From contig NC_045696.1 in NCBI RefSeq assembly GCF_009834535.1, positions 44,146,001 through 44,210,000 of the forward strand: a stretch of 64,000 nt of DNA, written 5' to 3'. A program made the position numbers and the translations under genes. The notes under the pieces were generated by a model. It worked only from the letters and a program-made list of their open reading frames with translations. It had not been told where the DNA came from and did no database searches. Source of the stretch: Camelus ferus (taxonomy: Eukaryota). Below, piece after piece: positions 26,876-41,029 of the stretch (positions are counted from its first letter, which is position 1; every line of letters begins with the position of its first letter).

Positions 26876-28249
26876 CTCTCTTAATAAATGCATATAGGCA
26901 GATTTAATTTAATAGACCTATCATGGCTTTAATGATTGGTCCATTAATCAAAAAACATTTAGCCAAACCAGATAAAAGCACTCTGTTTGTGTGTGTGTGT
27001 GCATCTAAAGGATATTATATAAATATAAAGTTATATTTCTGTGTACAGAAATTATTATATGACATATCATGAAAACATTGTATTCCACCCCTTAGACTTT
27101 GAGTAGTCTAGATCTAGAGGAAACATTGTGTACACCAAACACCAAGGTCCAATTACATGGCATTTCTATCTAAGTCACTTTCTAAAATTATATGTAAACA
27201 TCAGATAGATACCAGATTTAGAAACATAGTTTGCATTACACTCCTGCTGAAAATATTTGTGCATCTGTGAAAGTTTCTGGATTCTTAGACAAAATGTTTG
27301 GAATGATCTTAATATCATCAGATATCAGCCATATATAAAATCATTGTTTTGGTTACAACGTACTTTCTGCTAATGATGATTTTGGTCAGACTTTAATTGT
27401 AACACAAACCATTCATGAAAATTGATCCACAAAATTATGTCAGAGTCAAAGAAAAAATCCTCATAATCTTAAATTCATTTGTTAGTAAGATTCCCTTTCT
27501 TCCCTCAGTGAATACAATGTAAATATAAAAATAAATAAAATATATCTTGACAAAGAAGAAACCAGGATAGTATCCTGGATGGTCTGAAATTCATTCTTGA
27601 ATAAAATCATGGTTTATGATTTATTTACAAAAAGAATTAGAAGCTGTAAATATTTAGACCATTCATTTTATAAGAAATATATATGTGTGTATATATATCT
27701 ATGTGTATATATCTATGCATATGACTCACTTGCCTACCTTTTCATTACTAAAATAAAATCCTTTGGCTGAGGTAGGCTCATAGTTTGAAGGTTAGGTGAC
27801 TCCAGAGAAGTTTTACTTTATATGCGGTGTAGAAGGCATATGACTTGCAATCTCTCAGAGAGCAGTCTGTGAAATGAATGCAAGCGTGGTCCTGTGTATG
27901 CAAGAGTACAGAGGCAGTCCAACCTCTTAATAACTCACCATCCCGTGTGACTGAATCTGTACATCACTCATAGAAACTCAACTGAAGGCAGCTCCTAAAG
28001 TCACAGGGATAATTTGAGGACTAGGTGAAAAAATTGGATAGTGCCTTCATGCTCACGCCATTCATCCAAAGGGGAAGTTGGGAAGTTGAGGCCATCTGCT
28101 AGGAACATAACACATTATCACATTTCCACTTCACACAGACAGGCTAAGGATGTTGACGCTGTCACCATTTGGCACATAAATTTACTGTGGCTTGTTATAT
28201 AGATAGGAAATATGAGAGCAGAGGTCCAAACACTGATCTCTCTAAGGGC

Positions 28250-28740
28250 TTTCAGGCCCACTGGTAGACACCGATGGATGCCTGACCCACCTCTATCCCT
28301 AACTTCTTGCTGACCGAGGCCAATTGTATACAGATGATTCTCTCCCAGCCCCTAAGCCAGTTTCAGTAATTCTGTTTTCCCCTTGTGTTTTATGTGGGAA
28401 TGTTCATGTGACTAAATCACAGCCAGTGGAACCAAAACTAAGTCTGCTAGAGGCTTCTAGGAAAAGGTTTTCTCCCTAGTAGAAAGACCCTCACCCCATC
28501 CTCATCAAAAATAAAATAGTTTTCTTTGTAACTGTATATTATAAGTTCTGAATAAACTGCCTTGAGTAGTCAAAGTCATCTTGCAACCACGTGCAGAGAT
28601 ATTAAAAACCACTTCCTTGATCCTGGATCATATCACTATGACACACAAAATATTCATTTAAGGACTCACCTATCTCTGGATATGTGAAATATTCAATCCA
28701 TTATGGTTAAAGTTAAATTTCTACTCGATGTAGTGATACA
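28250..28740 (+). mobile_element. Old ERVL LTR (LTR33/LTR16-like)
   Basis: catgtgactaaatcacagccagtgg...aagtctgctagaggcttctaggaaaaggttttctccc...catcttgcaaccac. Confidence 0.55.
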
Positions 28741-28751
28741 ACAGTCTAAGA

Positions 28752-28976
28752 CAAGCGTCAGAAGCTGTTTTCTATGAATGGCCATACAGGAAGTATTTTA
28801 GGATTTGTGGGCCACTGAGTCCCTGTCACAAGTGCTGCACTGTAGTGTTGTAACACAGATGCAGCTGCAGACAGCACGCAAATGGATGAGCATGGCACCG
28901 CTTCAATGAAACTTCATTTCCAAAAAGTACGAGGCCAGCATATCTGGCCTGGGAGCTTTAGTTTGTTGAATCGTGA
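28752..28976 (+). mobile_element. MER58A (hAT-Charlie) DNA transposon
   Basis: tattttaggatttgtgggcca...gcagctgcagaca...caatgaaacttcattt...tagtttgttgaatc is colinear with MER58A over ~225 bp. Confidence 0.8.
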
Positions 28977-29709
28977 ATGTGCTAAACATCACACACAATT
29001 TGAAAATACCACCAAATATCTTTGTTTTCCAAAGGAATAAGCCGAGTTGACGTTTAAATGACTTGTTCTCAGTTACAAGCACACCTATTAATGGTGTAGA
29101 CGTTATCTCTTAGAATGAAATTAATTGAGGTTACCTGGGCATGTGCACAAGAAAGGATTTGTATCCAACAGCCTTATGAAAAGTCAAAAAGACCATGAAC
29201 TTTCTCACTAAATGTAAACTTTTGTTATTCTCCTATTAAGATGATTAATGGATACACAGGTATATTAAGACTGTGTATGCTTCTCTTTCCCGAAGCTGAT
29301 AAAAATGTCTTCACTGAACTTAATGGAGAAAAGTATGAAAATATCATATCTTCTTTGGTTACTGAAGGAAAAGGACAGTTTTCACTGACACCATCCACTT
29401 TGGTTCAAAAGAAGTAAGTGGAGCTCTGAACTGCTGTTTTGCCACAAGCATTTTACAGCTCTTTCTCCCATTATAAAAATGGCAAAGTGTTCTGAAAATG
29501 AAAATTTTTCCTCAGGGACAAATTCATAGAGATTTATTATCTTGCCTCCAAGGGATAGGACTGAGCCATTTTTACAGCCAAAAGTTACTTGTATTTTCAG
29601 CACTGGAAGTATTTCTCTGCAGACTTGCAATGTGTAAAAAGATCATTATTGCTAAGCACTTCTGCCACTGATACAGCCACCAACAGGCCATCAGTGATAT
29701 TAGTCAAGT

Positions 29710-29897
29710 GCTTTGATAGCATTCCTGTGACTCCCAGCCAGAAACATGCATTTGAAATTTATGTGAAACATTTAAAAATGCAGAGTCCTGGGCCTTACTC
29801 TAGTGGCTACACTTGCCAGAGACGGCCTCTGGATAGCTGTCTATTTTACACCGGCCCCCAGTGACTCCTGAGCACAGCCAGCATGGAGAGCCACTGC
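29710..29897. mobile_element. MER5-like hAT MITE
   Basis: ttaaaaatgcagagtcctgggcc...tattttaca...ccccagtgactcctgagcacagccagcatggagagccactg. Confidence 0.6.
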
Positions 29898-30769
29898 TAA
29901 TGGAGAAGAAAGCAGTTTTCTTCTTAACATCCAATTTTAAAAAGTCAATGTCTAAACAATGGTTGTTTATCAGCTTATAAATAATGCCTGTGTGCCTCAA
30001 AAATAAGCAAAAATAGACACTTTTTATAACATTGATCCAAACCATCAAAGTCTGCATCTGAAACTGATGGCAATGGTCCTGTCAGACCTTCCAGGAGATC
30101 TGCCCTAGAGTCATTCCTTGGGGTTATTCTAACCCAGTGCTGATTTCAGATTTCATCTCATTCTGGGAAGAATCCAGTCAGAACAGTCTTCTGTTTCCTA
30201 TGCTAAGTCAGTTAGGGCTACTCTTAGGAAGGGGAAATTTGAGAAGTTCCAGAAAAGTACCTTCACCACACAAGCAGACACTAGCCACAATAAATAAAAT
30301 GCCTGGTCAACTGCCTATCACATCTACATTATCATTAGAATATTTTTTGAATGCTGGAGATTATTTGGGCTGTAGGGATATCTTCTTAGAAGGTCAGCAT
30401 GTACATAATATAACTCTTTTAAACTCAAGAAATACCAAACAGAAGATGCCTAAATGTAGTGTGGAAATCACATGAGATTTACCAAAGGACATGTTATAGA
30501 TTAGCAGATACACATAAAGTAATAGGTTTTGTTTAGCTGTATCATCTATCTTGTTTCACAGACAATATAAGGAAACTGCATGAACTGGTAGGCTTCAAGT
30601 GTTTAACCAATTGCTTGTTGCCATGGCTATATGCCTGAGAGCTGCGGAATCTCATTCTAACAAATTTAGATAAAATTGTAATTGAAATTGAAGCTGAAAG
30701 TAATCATATTAATTCAACTAAAACTATGTCATGCACTTAGGAAATGATGAGAGATTATCATTGAACGAA

Positions 30770-31970
30770 GTGAATGACTCCCCATTACTAACTCCATTGA
30801 GTAGTGACCAGTCCTTGTATTATTTGGCCTTTCAGTGCATCATTAGACACTGAAAATTGCTTAAACACTCTCTGACTTTAGCTTCATAGAACCACATACT
30901 CCTGGCTTTCTTGTTTATCTTTTTTCACTTCTTCTTGACCTCCTTTAAAGAAAACTACTCCTCCAAACAACACTTAAACACTAAACCTCCTCTATGCACT
31001 AAGCAAGGCATTCTGCTCTTTTCACTGTAAACCCAGAGAAACTGACCATTTTGTAATTTTTTCAATTTTCATCAAAATACTGATAATCGCTAAATCCATA
31101 CAGAAATTACACATTGGTTGATCTCCAGACTACTATAGCCAACTTCCTACTTCTATCTTTACTTCTATGTCATGTAAACACCTCAAACCCATTTCATAAA
31201 GTGAACCTATTGCCTCTCCCTCAAAACTGCTCCTCCGCCAACATCTCTACACTAAAAAAGTGCCACCACAGTCCATGTCCACCCTCCCACTTCAGCCAGA
31301 ATCCTAGGAGTGGCCCTCACTGGCTCCCTCTTTTCATCTTCAATAATCTATTCATATCTCTTCTGCCTTCTACTGCTTCCATCAATATTGTGCTACCATA
31401 GTTCAAACCACCACCTTTCCTTCTTGGACTATGGCAATAACCTCCTAACTCTTCTGTGGCCATCACCACTTCAAATCTTTCAGTGGACTCCCATTCTCAA
31501 AGTATTTGCCATAGTTATAAAGAAAAGGCATTGCTTGGTTCCTCCCTTCCTCTGAAGCTGCGTTCTCCTGTGGCTGCCTAGGCTGCAGCTCCCCTGTGTT
31601 CTTTTAGCACCTCCTCCATTGACCGCACAAGCTGTTTTTCCTGCTTGGAGCACTCTCCCTTCAAAATTTTCCTCTCAAAGGACTTTCTTATTGTTAAATT
31701 TTCAATTTCAGTCCCATATTTTTCAGGGAAATACTCTGTGTCTTCCCCAAGAATCTTAGATGCCTCGTGTTTCTTCTCTCCCAGAGCATCGCTTCCTTCC
31801 CTTTTTGTTACACTACACATGTAATTACAGGTGTTCATTCCAGTTTTATAAAAGTAGTGGGCTCTGTGAGTGTAGGGAGCGTGTTTGTCCTGTTCTTTGC
31901 ATTATTTCTAGAGTCTACCATTATCCATAGCCCAAATTAATATTTTTGACTGAATAACTGAATAACTGAT
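30770..31970 (+). mobile_element. L2 LINE fragment reaching its 3' end
   Basis: gatctccagactactatagccaac, ttcttggactatggcaataacctcctaact; ends in aatatttttgactgaataactgaa. Confidence 0.7.
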
Positions 31971-32297
31971 GTTGGCATAGCGCTGGTTCATGTTCACTAG
32001 GCTAGTATTTGTGGCTTTTTGCTTTTCATTGTCAGGAAGAAAGAAACACGTGGTCCTTATAGCTGTGAATTTATTATCATATTGACACATACTGGACAGC
32101 ACTGACAGTAACCTTTACAGTAACCTTTATACCTTAGGAGGGATTATTTATATCTTTGGAAGGTATGGTGAAGAAGGAAGAGCTGAGAAGTACTGAAGGA
32201 GAAAATGGGGGAGGATAATAGATGAATAACCTGCCACATGATTATCACTGAAGACCAGTTACTCTCTTCTGCCCAGTTGATGTTTCGGAACATACAC

Positions 32298-32333
32298 TGT
32301 GTGTGTGTGTGTGTGCGTGTGCGTGTGCGTGTG
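32298..32333. repeat. (TG)n/(TGTGCG)n alternating purine-pyrimidine tract
   Basis: Directly visible. Confidence 0.9.
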
Positions 32334-34342
32334 AAATCTGCATCAGACACAACATTGGGCTCACATCAGTTACACTCTTTCTAAACCCATTTATCATTTT
32401 TGGACTGAGGTATAATGGCATTCCCTAGTCTGTAGGTTTGCTTGATCAAGTGAAATGATCCACATAAACAGCATAACACGAAGCATGGAAATTGTAAGCA
32501 TTCAATAGTTACTGTTCTCAAAATTAGAATAATGTTAAAAACAAGACAAGAGGCTCCAAATAATTCACAAATTTTACCCAATGATTGTATATTCAAGAAT
32601 AAACTGTTTTGGAAAATATTCAAATGAGGCTGTCTTTATAGTGCTTCTAATAGATAATGTAACTGGGAGTCAGAATTTTCCACATAAATCAGTGGATAGT
32701 GAACATTGTTTAGTCTACCACATTTTTGTGGTCTCCACCAAAATTTATCAATGATACCCACTGAATTTATTTCCATTCCCTTTTGCTACTCCATGGAGAA
32801 TGAATACAATAATATGACTTTAATAAACAAAGAACTTATTTTACCAAAGAAAGCTTTTTTAAAAAGATGATAAAGAATGTACTATCTAAGCGTTATATGT
32901 GCATTAACAAAATTGCATAGACAGCCACCCTGTTTATCCTCATCAAATTAATTTTAAATCTCTGGTTATACCAAATTCTGGATTTTTCAGAATGATAAAT
33001 TCAAACCTCAGACAAAGCAAAATTAGAGTAAGTATCCCACAAACATATTCTCATTTGGACCTAAAATGTGATTCTTAGTAATGCAAATCTATTTGGAGAA
33101 TTATTTTGTGAAAACTCACAAAGTCCTTTGCCCTTATTTTTACCCCTAAAACTTTGGATAAAAGGCTCAAAGTTTTTTTAGATCTGTTTTTGAAAGGGAT
33201 GGATTAGGGATTTTTCTATTACCAAATTTATTCATATTCAGACATAAGGATTTTAAATATGTCTCTTTATACTACAACTTCTTGTCATCAAAGGACATGG
33301 GCTGTCATCACTCTGCTGACTATCAGAACCTTGCTGTGGAAGCCTTATGTGATGCTTCTTCACTTGAGCTAAATAAAAAGATGGGGTAGATGCTTTTTTG
33401 GGCTCCATGTGTTAATTGCGTCCTAATAAAACCATCTAGTTAAACTGTCTGCTTTGTAGTGAAGTGCAGTTGAGAAGAAATTTCTAAAGGAAGCCTGCTA
33501 AGTCGATTGTGCTCCTAGATAATTAATTGAAATAGGAAAAAAAAGCAAAAAAATGAAAATTCTGTAACGCTGCCTTTTCAACTCTTTTACATAACAAAGT
33601 TTCTAAGATTCCTTGCAGCGGATAGAGTATTCTCCTTCAGCGAACTGTGTGTTGTTTTACTCAAATTAGCAACTATTGCCATTGTATTTGACCAATTCCT
33701 TCCAACCTTCAAAAATGGGAGATAAGGTTAAAAGCTATCAAAACACCCTGAAAATATAACTAGTTGACTTTCACTAATTGATAACATAACTATAAAAATT
33801 TGATTGTTACCAAGGTTGTTTGTGGTTTATTGTCTCCTTTCTGTGATCGCTGTGTTTCATTTTAGTTGTCGGAGTCCCATTTATAACTATCTTCCAGATG
33901 TAATTTAGCTTTGTATTTATTTTTTGAAAGCAGGATGATCAATGTGCTATTTTTTAATCTGTGTTAATATGTCATTAGTGTTCTATGCCTTAAATTCTAA
34001 AATTCCAATATTAATTTTATTTTTTTATTCTGATAGTAGTTACAAATTAAAATCACATTTCCCCTTGCCTAAGATGTTTTAAATGATTCGTTGTATCAGC
34101 AATTGATTGCACCCAAGGGCCAGGTCTTTCTTCAGTCCTATCATGGCTTTAACTTGTTTTGCTTTGACATGCTATAGAAGCAAGCTTTTCTTATATAACA
34201 CATAGTATTGAATATCATAGCCTGCTCGTAATAACAACTTGCCATACACCCATCCTAATCATACTCATACAGATAGCAGCCTCAAGTCTCACCATTTACC
34301 TTTACCTGTTTTACAATTTATAATCCAGCCCAGGTAGAAAAG

Positions 34343-34740
34343 TCCCATGGGTTGAATTGTGTCCCTCCAAAATTTATTTGTTGAAGCCATACACCTCAGT
34401 GTCATGGTGTTTGGAGATAGTTAAGTTTAGATTAGGTCATGAGAATGGGCCTTTACTATGGGATTAGAGCCCTTATAAGAGGAGACACCAGACGGCTCAC
34501 CTGCTCACACAATCTCTGTCTCTCTCAATCTCTCTGTCTCTCTCTTTCTCTCTCTGCCACATGAGGACACAAGGAGAAGGCAGTCCTTTGCAAACCAGGA
34601 AGAGAAATCGTACCAGAACCCAATCATGCTGACATCCTGAACTTGAACTTTCGGCCTCCAGAACTATGGAAAAGTAAGTTTCTGTTGTTTAAGCCACTCA
34701 GTCTATGGTATTGTTACAGCAGCCCAAGCTGACTAATATG
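34343..34740 (+). mobile_element. MLT1A-type MaLR solo LTR
   Basis: atgggttgaattgtgtccctccaaaatt...gccacatgaggacaca...tttaagccactcagtctatggtatt...gctgactaata; 5-bp TSD aaaag at 34338-34342 and 34741-34745. Confidence 0.9.
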
Positions 34741-35939
34741 AAAAGCATTACCCTCAGGAGGATTATTCAAACAATGAAAAAGAAAACTTGCAAGGAAATG
34801 ATACATGAATTTCTCTCTTAATTTGCTTCTCCCTTACATCCACCATCCCAATTAGATGATAAGTAGATAGACAGATACATACACACACATATAGATGCAT
34901 AGAGGACAGAGAGATTAAAATGTGACATAAAATGCTTTCAGATCTAAGTATGCATTTAACAATCCAGGCTTAGTTGGCTATCATTCAATGGTGGTTGGTC
35001 ACTCACCATTTTTCGCAACAAATTTTACTATTTCCTTTTAATGAAATTTTCTCTATAATCTTGTATATAGTACTATTTTAATAAATTTCAGTATACACTT
35101 CAATTGTTGTCATCTTGATTTATTACCTTAGTCCACATTAAGCAAGCCTTGGATTATTATTTTCAATAATGTCTCTCTAAAAGGATTGCTGATGTAAAAT
35201 ATAGCCCAAAGCTATTAGATGTACATAAAATAACTTTATCAGAAGCCTAAGTTAACAAATTTCCAGGTAGGATGCTTGTTGAAGAAGCTAGACTTCCCAT
35301 TCAAAATGTGAATATTGGAAAGCACTTACCTTTTTGCATACTGTTTCCATGTCTGCAAAATGCACATGGGTTTACTTCCTTCTCTACCTATCATCCTTCT
35401 AGAAGATCACAGTTGACTCTGCACACAAATCAATCTTGAGAAATCCTTTGATAGTTCGCTAGCTATAGTCCCATTAAGATGGAAGAGTCTGTGTTTTCTT
35501 TTTTGTATCCCCAGTCTGCCCCATAACTGGTACTCAATTCATACGTTAGTAAATACAGCCAGTTCACAATTATCTAAAATAGCCTAATATGTAGTTACAA
35601 AAAGCTAAATAGGAGCTATTCAATTATGTCTGGCTTCTCCTACCGTCCTTTACCTAACTTTTAGAAAACAGGGTCATTCATGATGATGGTTCTCTGAAGA
35701 GCTTATTGCTTTGTCCCTATTATCTATTTTAGGCCCAGGAAAATAAAGAAGTGGCACTCCAGTTTCTAATCTGAAGATGAGGGACTTGGACCTACAATAG
35801 AGCAAAGATATTTGTACAGTTACATAGTCAGTGAGCAGGGATGAGATGACTTGCGCTTTGCTTTAGCACCAAATGTCATTGCTTTTCCACTGGTGATAGT
35901 ATCGCTCTTGGTTTCAATACTTCTATCCCAGTTTTTAAG

Positions 35940-36052
35940 ATGTAAACATTAGGGGGAGTTTGGTAAATGGTGCATGAAAATCCTGTGAACTACTTTTGCA
36001 AGTCTTTTGTGAACCTAAACTTATTTCAAAATACAAAGGTAAAAAATAATAA
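35940..36052 (+). mobile_element. L1M (L1MC-like) 3' terminal fragment
   Basis: acattagggggagtttggtaaatggtgcatg...tacttttgcaag...ctaaacttatttcaaaata. Confidence 0.6.
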
Positions 36053-39000
36053 AATGATCATAGTAAACATTTAGATAACATTTAACAGGTCTTAAAGTTA
36101 CTTTTCAAGTGCTATATCTGTATTAGCTAATCATACAGAGATAAGTCTGAGATTCAGATTTCTAAGTCTAAGGTGACTCATTTAAGATTTCACCATTACT
36201 GAAATATAAAATTGTGCTTTTTAAACACCCTGATACATAAAGATAATATTTGTGGTCAATTTGTACCAAAGTAGATGAAATTCCTATATCTATATATACG
36301 TATATAAAGAGAGAGTTATTTACATATATAAAGTCCCTTATATATGAAGAAAGTTGTTTTTACGTATAAAAATTTTACACATAAATATACTTCTAAGTTA
36401 CAAAATTTGAAAAGCTACCCATAAAGTATAATGAGAGAATTATGGGATTGATAGTTGTATAAGGAAAAGATTAAATATCAAAACCACCAGCGTACACATG
36501 ACAATGAAATCCAATTTTTCCCTTCTCAGGGATATAAAAGGAGCTTCGGGAAACTGATTAGGGAAACGAGTATATTAAATTTAAGAGATGCTTCACCTCT
36601 TTAGCATTGTCCTTGACTGACACTTCTTTGAATGTGGACCTCCTCCCCTTCTCCCAATCTTTTTACCTTCACAAACTCATGAATATATAGGGAAAGCCTA
36701 TTCAAAATTTAAAGTGCCATATATAGCTATTTCCAAGACTGGTCAAACAATTAATAGATTGATTTGGTCTGTCACTCATATGAAACTTATGCAGTTATAG
36801 TTGCACATAGACAATAGGACACTTTGAAGCATGACTCAGTTTGAAAGCATTTATTTCTCAATGTTCTTTCTACTTTGAGAAGATTGGATTATTGAAAGGG
36901 AAGCTGGCTCAATACTGAAGCCCAAGTCAGCATCTGAAGGTAATGACCACTTAATTGCCTGAAGCACAGTAAGGACTTATTTCACTGAAACAACAAAAGC
37001 ACTGTGATCAGAAATTAATTCTTTGAGCAACTCATTTGGTGTATCATGCACCCAATTATGCACAGAATTTTTGAATCTTATTCAATAAAGTCAGGTATAT
37101 GAGAAACAATTATTTCTTTTCAGTAACCCATTTTACATCTGACCACACAATCCATAGGACTGCAATCATAGTCATTCTTGATCTTTCTTTCCCTTTCTTG
37201 GGACTTACCAGAGATTTAGAATCCTAAGCAGTACCAAGGCAGAGAAAAGGCATAGGTCAAAGGTGGGGTTGGGGCTCTCTGAGTGTTCATGCTAAATTCT
37301 TCCACACATCCTATGTCACTTCTGTCTTCTCAATCAGCCATAAAATTTTTACTAAGAGCTTAGATTTTGAGGATGGCATGTGTTTTATGTATAGGAGAGT
37401 AGTAACAATTTCAGGGTTTTAACCAATACTTTTGGACTTGCTTCTTGTATTCTCAAGACCCTGTCACATATCTTTCCTGAGGGGGAAAATGTCAAAATAT
37501 AGAGAGAATAAAAGCATGCAAGTTTATATTTTAAAATATTATCCAGCCACATATTTTTAAACACTTTGAACAATGACATCCACTTCTGGGCATTTACCAA
37601 ATACAAGATCTCTATTTGAAACAAACTATGCTTAAAGAAGAGAGCACATTAGTACTCGTATGGAAGGTGTGAACCAAATACACCAGGGCTGAGGCGCTTT
37701 TTTATTGTTAAAATACATTGCATATGCAGATACCTGAGGAAACTCATACAGTAGTATTAATAAACCTTTCTTGCTTGGGGGTACAACTAAGTTGGCATAG
37801 ACATCATTATGTTCTGTTGCTGTGAGCTACTTCAGAGAATTTGCAGGCAGCCTTTGCTTTCTATTCATCTCTTAGTTCTGCATTTTCAAATCATTCAATA
37901 TGCAATGGCCAGCCCTCTTCCCTCTCTCTAAAGTAATGTCATGAAAATAATGCTATCAACTGTCCTGCTGCAGAAATTACCTACGCCTTTCCTCTCTCCC
38001 TACAATATGCAATTTTATGATCCCTTTGGAACAAAAACCTAAAGGCTTACAAGCTTGGAGATTTGAAATGTTCAGAATAGAATGTAAAGTGCAGATACAG
38101 TTGTTTATGTTTGTGAGGATTTCAGGGCTATTTGTTCAGTAAAATAGTTTATGAGCCAATGGGTATGATTTTGAAAAGCTTGATGGTTAAGTTTATCTCC
38201 CCAAAACAACATGGCTCCCAAGACTCTGGAAACAAAGTTGGGTACAATTAGATTGCTATCACAAAATATCTAGTTTTAAATTGAGATAGAAGCTTCAAGA
38301 TTTGTGACTTTGAAATAAGAGTAATAGTTAATATCCTGAAGGAAGTTTATTGATGTCTCTAGCTTAGAAGAGAGAGAGAGACAGAAACAGAGAGTCCTTC
38401 CATCCTAGTACTCTCTTTTTGTAAGAATGGTGTAGAATTCAAAAATAAATGTTTCTTTGACACTAATTTTCACGTTATTCTTTTAACATAAGAAGTTATA
38501 CGTAATAAAGGTGAAACAGTTTTTGAATATGAATTATAATTAGAGTCATGGTTCAATTCCATCAGTTTTAAAAATTAATTAAGTAGATAAGTTTTACTTC
38601 TAGGCCACCAAGAGAATCCAAAAACAACCCTCCCTCCACGTTGTATTACTGTGAAATAAAATCAGTTACTCTTCGGAACTCGTTTCATGAAGGTAGTAAC
38701 TTCAACAAACTGGAAAAATGCTGTTCTTGACAGATTGTTAGCTAGTGAGATGACAGTATATGGAGAAATGCCAGGACAAAAAGAGAGATCCTCAGTAAAT
38801 AAAAAATATTGTGAAATAAGGAAAGAATTGATTGTTTGGGTCACTTAGCAGAAAGCAAAAGAAATAGAAAAATCTCTGGAGGGGTTAAGACTCATGTCTG
38901 TCTTAGAAAATATTAGGTGAAGGATTGCTAGCTACAAGGGTTCATCTGTGTCAGATCAAATAGTAATTTTCACTTAGAACAAGATAATAAATGCTCTGGA

Positions 39001-40673
39001 AAAGAAAAAAGTACATGGCATTTTCTAATTGAGAATTGTGTTATAATAATAGATGTTTGAAGACCAAGTGAGAAGAAATCATCATAAATCAATAATTAAT
39101 TAAGGTAAGTATTCGTGGATTTTATACCAAAGTAGGAGAAATTTAGATAGAAATTCAGTGTAAGACCATTTAAATAGCCTTCTAAATTTAATCACTTAGT
39201 TCTTTCATTTCTTTTTTTTTTTTTTTTGCCAATAGAGTCTGTTATAACTAAATGATGGAGAGTGCTTTATGTGTTCAATACTTATTAAAATATTAGGTGT
39301 ACACGTGTGTCCATTTCTAGGCATATATCATGCAGCAACTTTTTTGACATTTTTTAAAATTAAAAAAAAAATAGGACACAGAAATATGCAGTCACCTCAT
39401 TGTGAGATTAACTTCACAACCTAATAAATTAGTACAATAAAGAGAGACAATAATGATAAACACAGATTTTAAAGAGTTAGATTAAATTTCACTTTCAGTT
39501 TAGGATATAGAAATCGTTGCCAAGAGTGTTAATTCCAACTTAACAAAGTCAGATAAAATAGAAACATATAATTTTATTAAAATCCAACGGGAAGTTGAGG
39601 AAAAAGAAACCTGAATGAACTAAAATTCAAAATGTTATAATTCCCCCGCTAGAAAAGACCTGCTCACCTTCATCCGTGGTGAAGCAATGAGAGGAAGAGA
39701 AAATTATCATAAATGAGGGTAAGAAAAAATGAGAATTTCTAAAGGCCATGTGATGTTTTAAAATTCTAAGAAACTTCATCAGCAAAGACAGTCTACACCC
39801 ACCATTCCAACTCTTTCCCGTGAGCTATTACTAAGTTTTCTTGCAGCAGCGTGACAGCAGAGCAGGACAGAGAGATGCTGTGAACGGAGGCTGGGATGTT
39901 AAGGACTAAGGGTGGGGCAAGGATCTGATTTTAACCATCTGAAGCTTTCTAGGCTCTCACTGAGTACTAGTGGATAGATCACTTAGAGAGAGCCCCTTGA
40001 GGCATCAGTGTATCGAACTTGAAGAGATCTGTGTGCAGAGCAAGAGACCATAGAAAAAGCTCTCTGAGGCATCCGAGGCCCTTGCTTTAGCCTATCTCCA
40101 CTCCAAGTCTGAGGAAAGGGCAGCAGAGGTGAAGAGATCTTCCGAGAGACGGACCATCGTGGCGGATCCAGAGAGCACAGAGAACTCCTCACCGGCCTCC
40201 AGCCCCCAAAACTGGCAGCCAGACTGGAAGGCAGAGTAGGAACTCCCACGATCCTGAATGCTTGTAGCTGGGCTATAAAGTATAAAGCATAAAGAGATTT
40301 TTATATGTCTTCCCAGACTCAACTCCCAAGTCCTAAGATCTTAATCCAATGGTAAAATGACTTGAATACAGTAGTGAGTGATTCGTGTTAAATAAATAAC
40401 AAAAGCCAGACCTGGCTAATTACAGAATAAGATTCTCTTCCTCACCCTAGAGGCCTGAGAGAAAGAGAGAAAGATGTACCCTTTTCTAGGAGAAAATATA
40501 ACTTATTTCAATCTATTTGTCTTTTTACACTTAATATTTAAAATACAATCAAATGTTATAGGACACATGGAAAAGAAATGTGACTCAAGAAAGCAAACCA
40601 TCAAAAAAACTAAACTAGGAGATGGGCCAGATGTACAAAGAGCCAGAAGGGACTTGGAAAATGACTATGATGA

Positions 40674-41029
40674 AGGACTTGGAGGGCACTTTGCTAAGTG
40701 AAATAAGTCGGACAGAGAAAGATAAGTACCGTACAATGTCACTTACATGTGGAATCTAAAATATACAACAAATTAGTGAATATAACAAAAAAGTAGATTC
40801 ACAGATACAGAGAACAAACTAGTGGTTACCTGTGGGGACAGGGAAGTGGGGAGTGAGAAATACAAACTATTAAGTATAAAATAAGCTACAAGGATATATT
40901 GGAAAACACATGGAATATAGCCAATATTTTATAATAACTATAAATAGAGTATAATCTTTAAAAATTGTGAACTTATGTAATATTGTAACATATAATATTG
41001 TACAGCAACTATACTTCAATTTAAAAAAA
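40674..41029 (+). mobile_element. 5'-truncated L1 3' end nested in the older L1
   Basis: tgctaagtgaaataagtcggacagagaaaga...tcacttacatgtggaatctaaaa...aactatacttcaat plus A tail; 17-bp TSD gaaaatgactatgatga 40657-40673 / gaaaataactgtgatga 41030-41046. Confidence 0.9.

Noticed and set aside
27562..27578. 8-bp inverted repeat ccaggata-g-tatcctgg; also short tandem duplications at ~16190 and 32105-32128
   Set aside because: Real but short; ordinary chance or slippage events with no supporting context
38664..38920. Plus-strand frame open apart from one stop (MKVVTSTNWKNAVLDRLL...)
   Set aside because: No homologue recognised and no convincing splice sites; purine-rich DNA gives such frames
39880..40330. 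GC-richer stretch with CpGs and ORFs as a promoter or exon
   Set aside because: Lies upstream of decayed L1 ORF1, so best read as an old L1 5' UTR; not a CpG island
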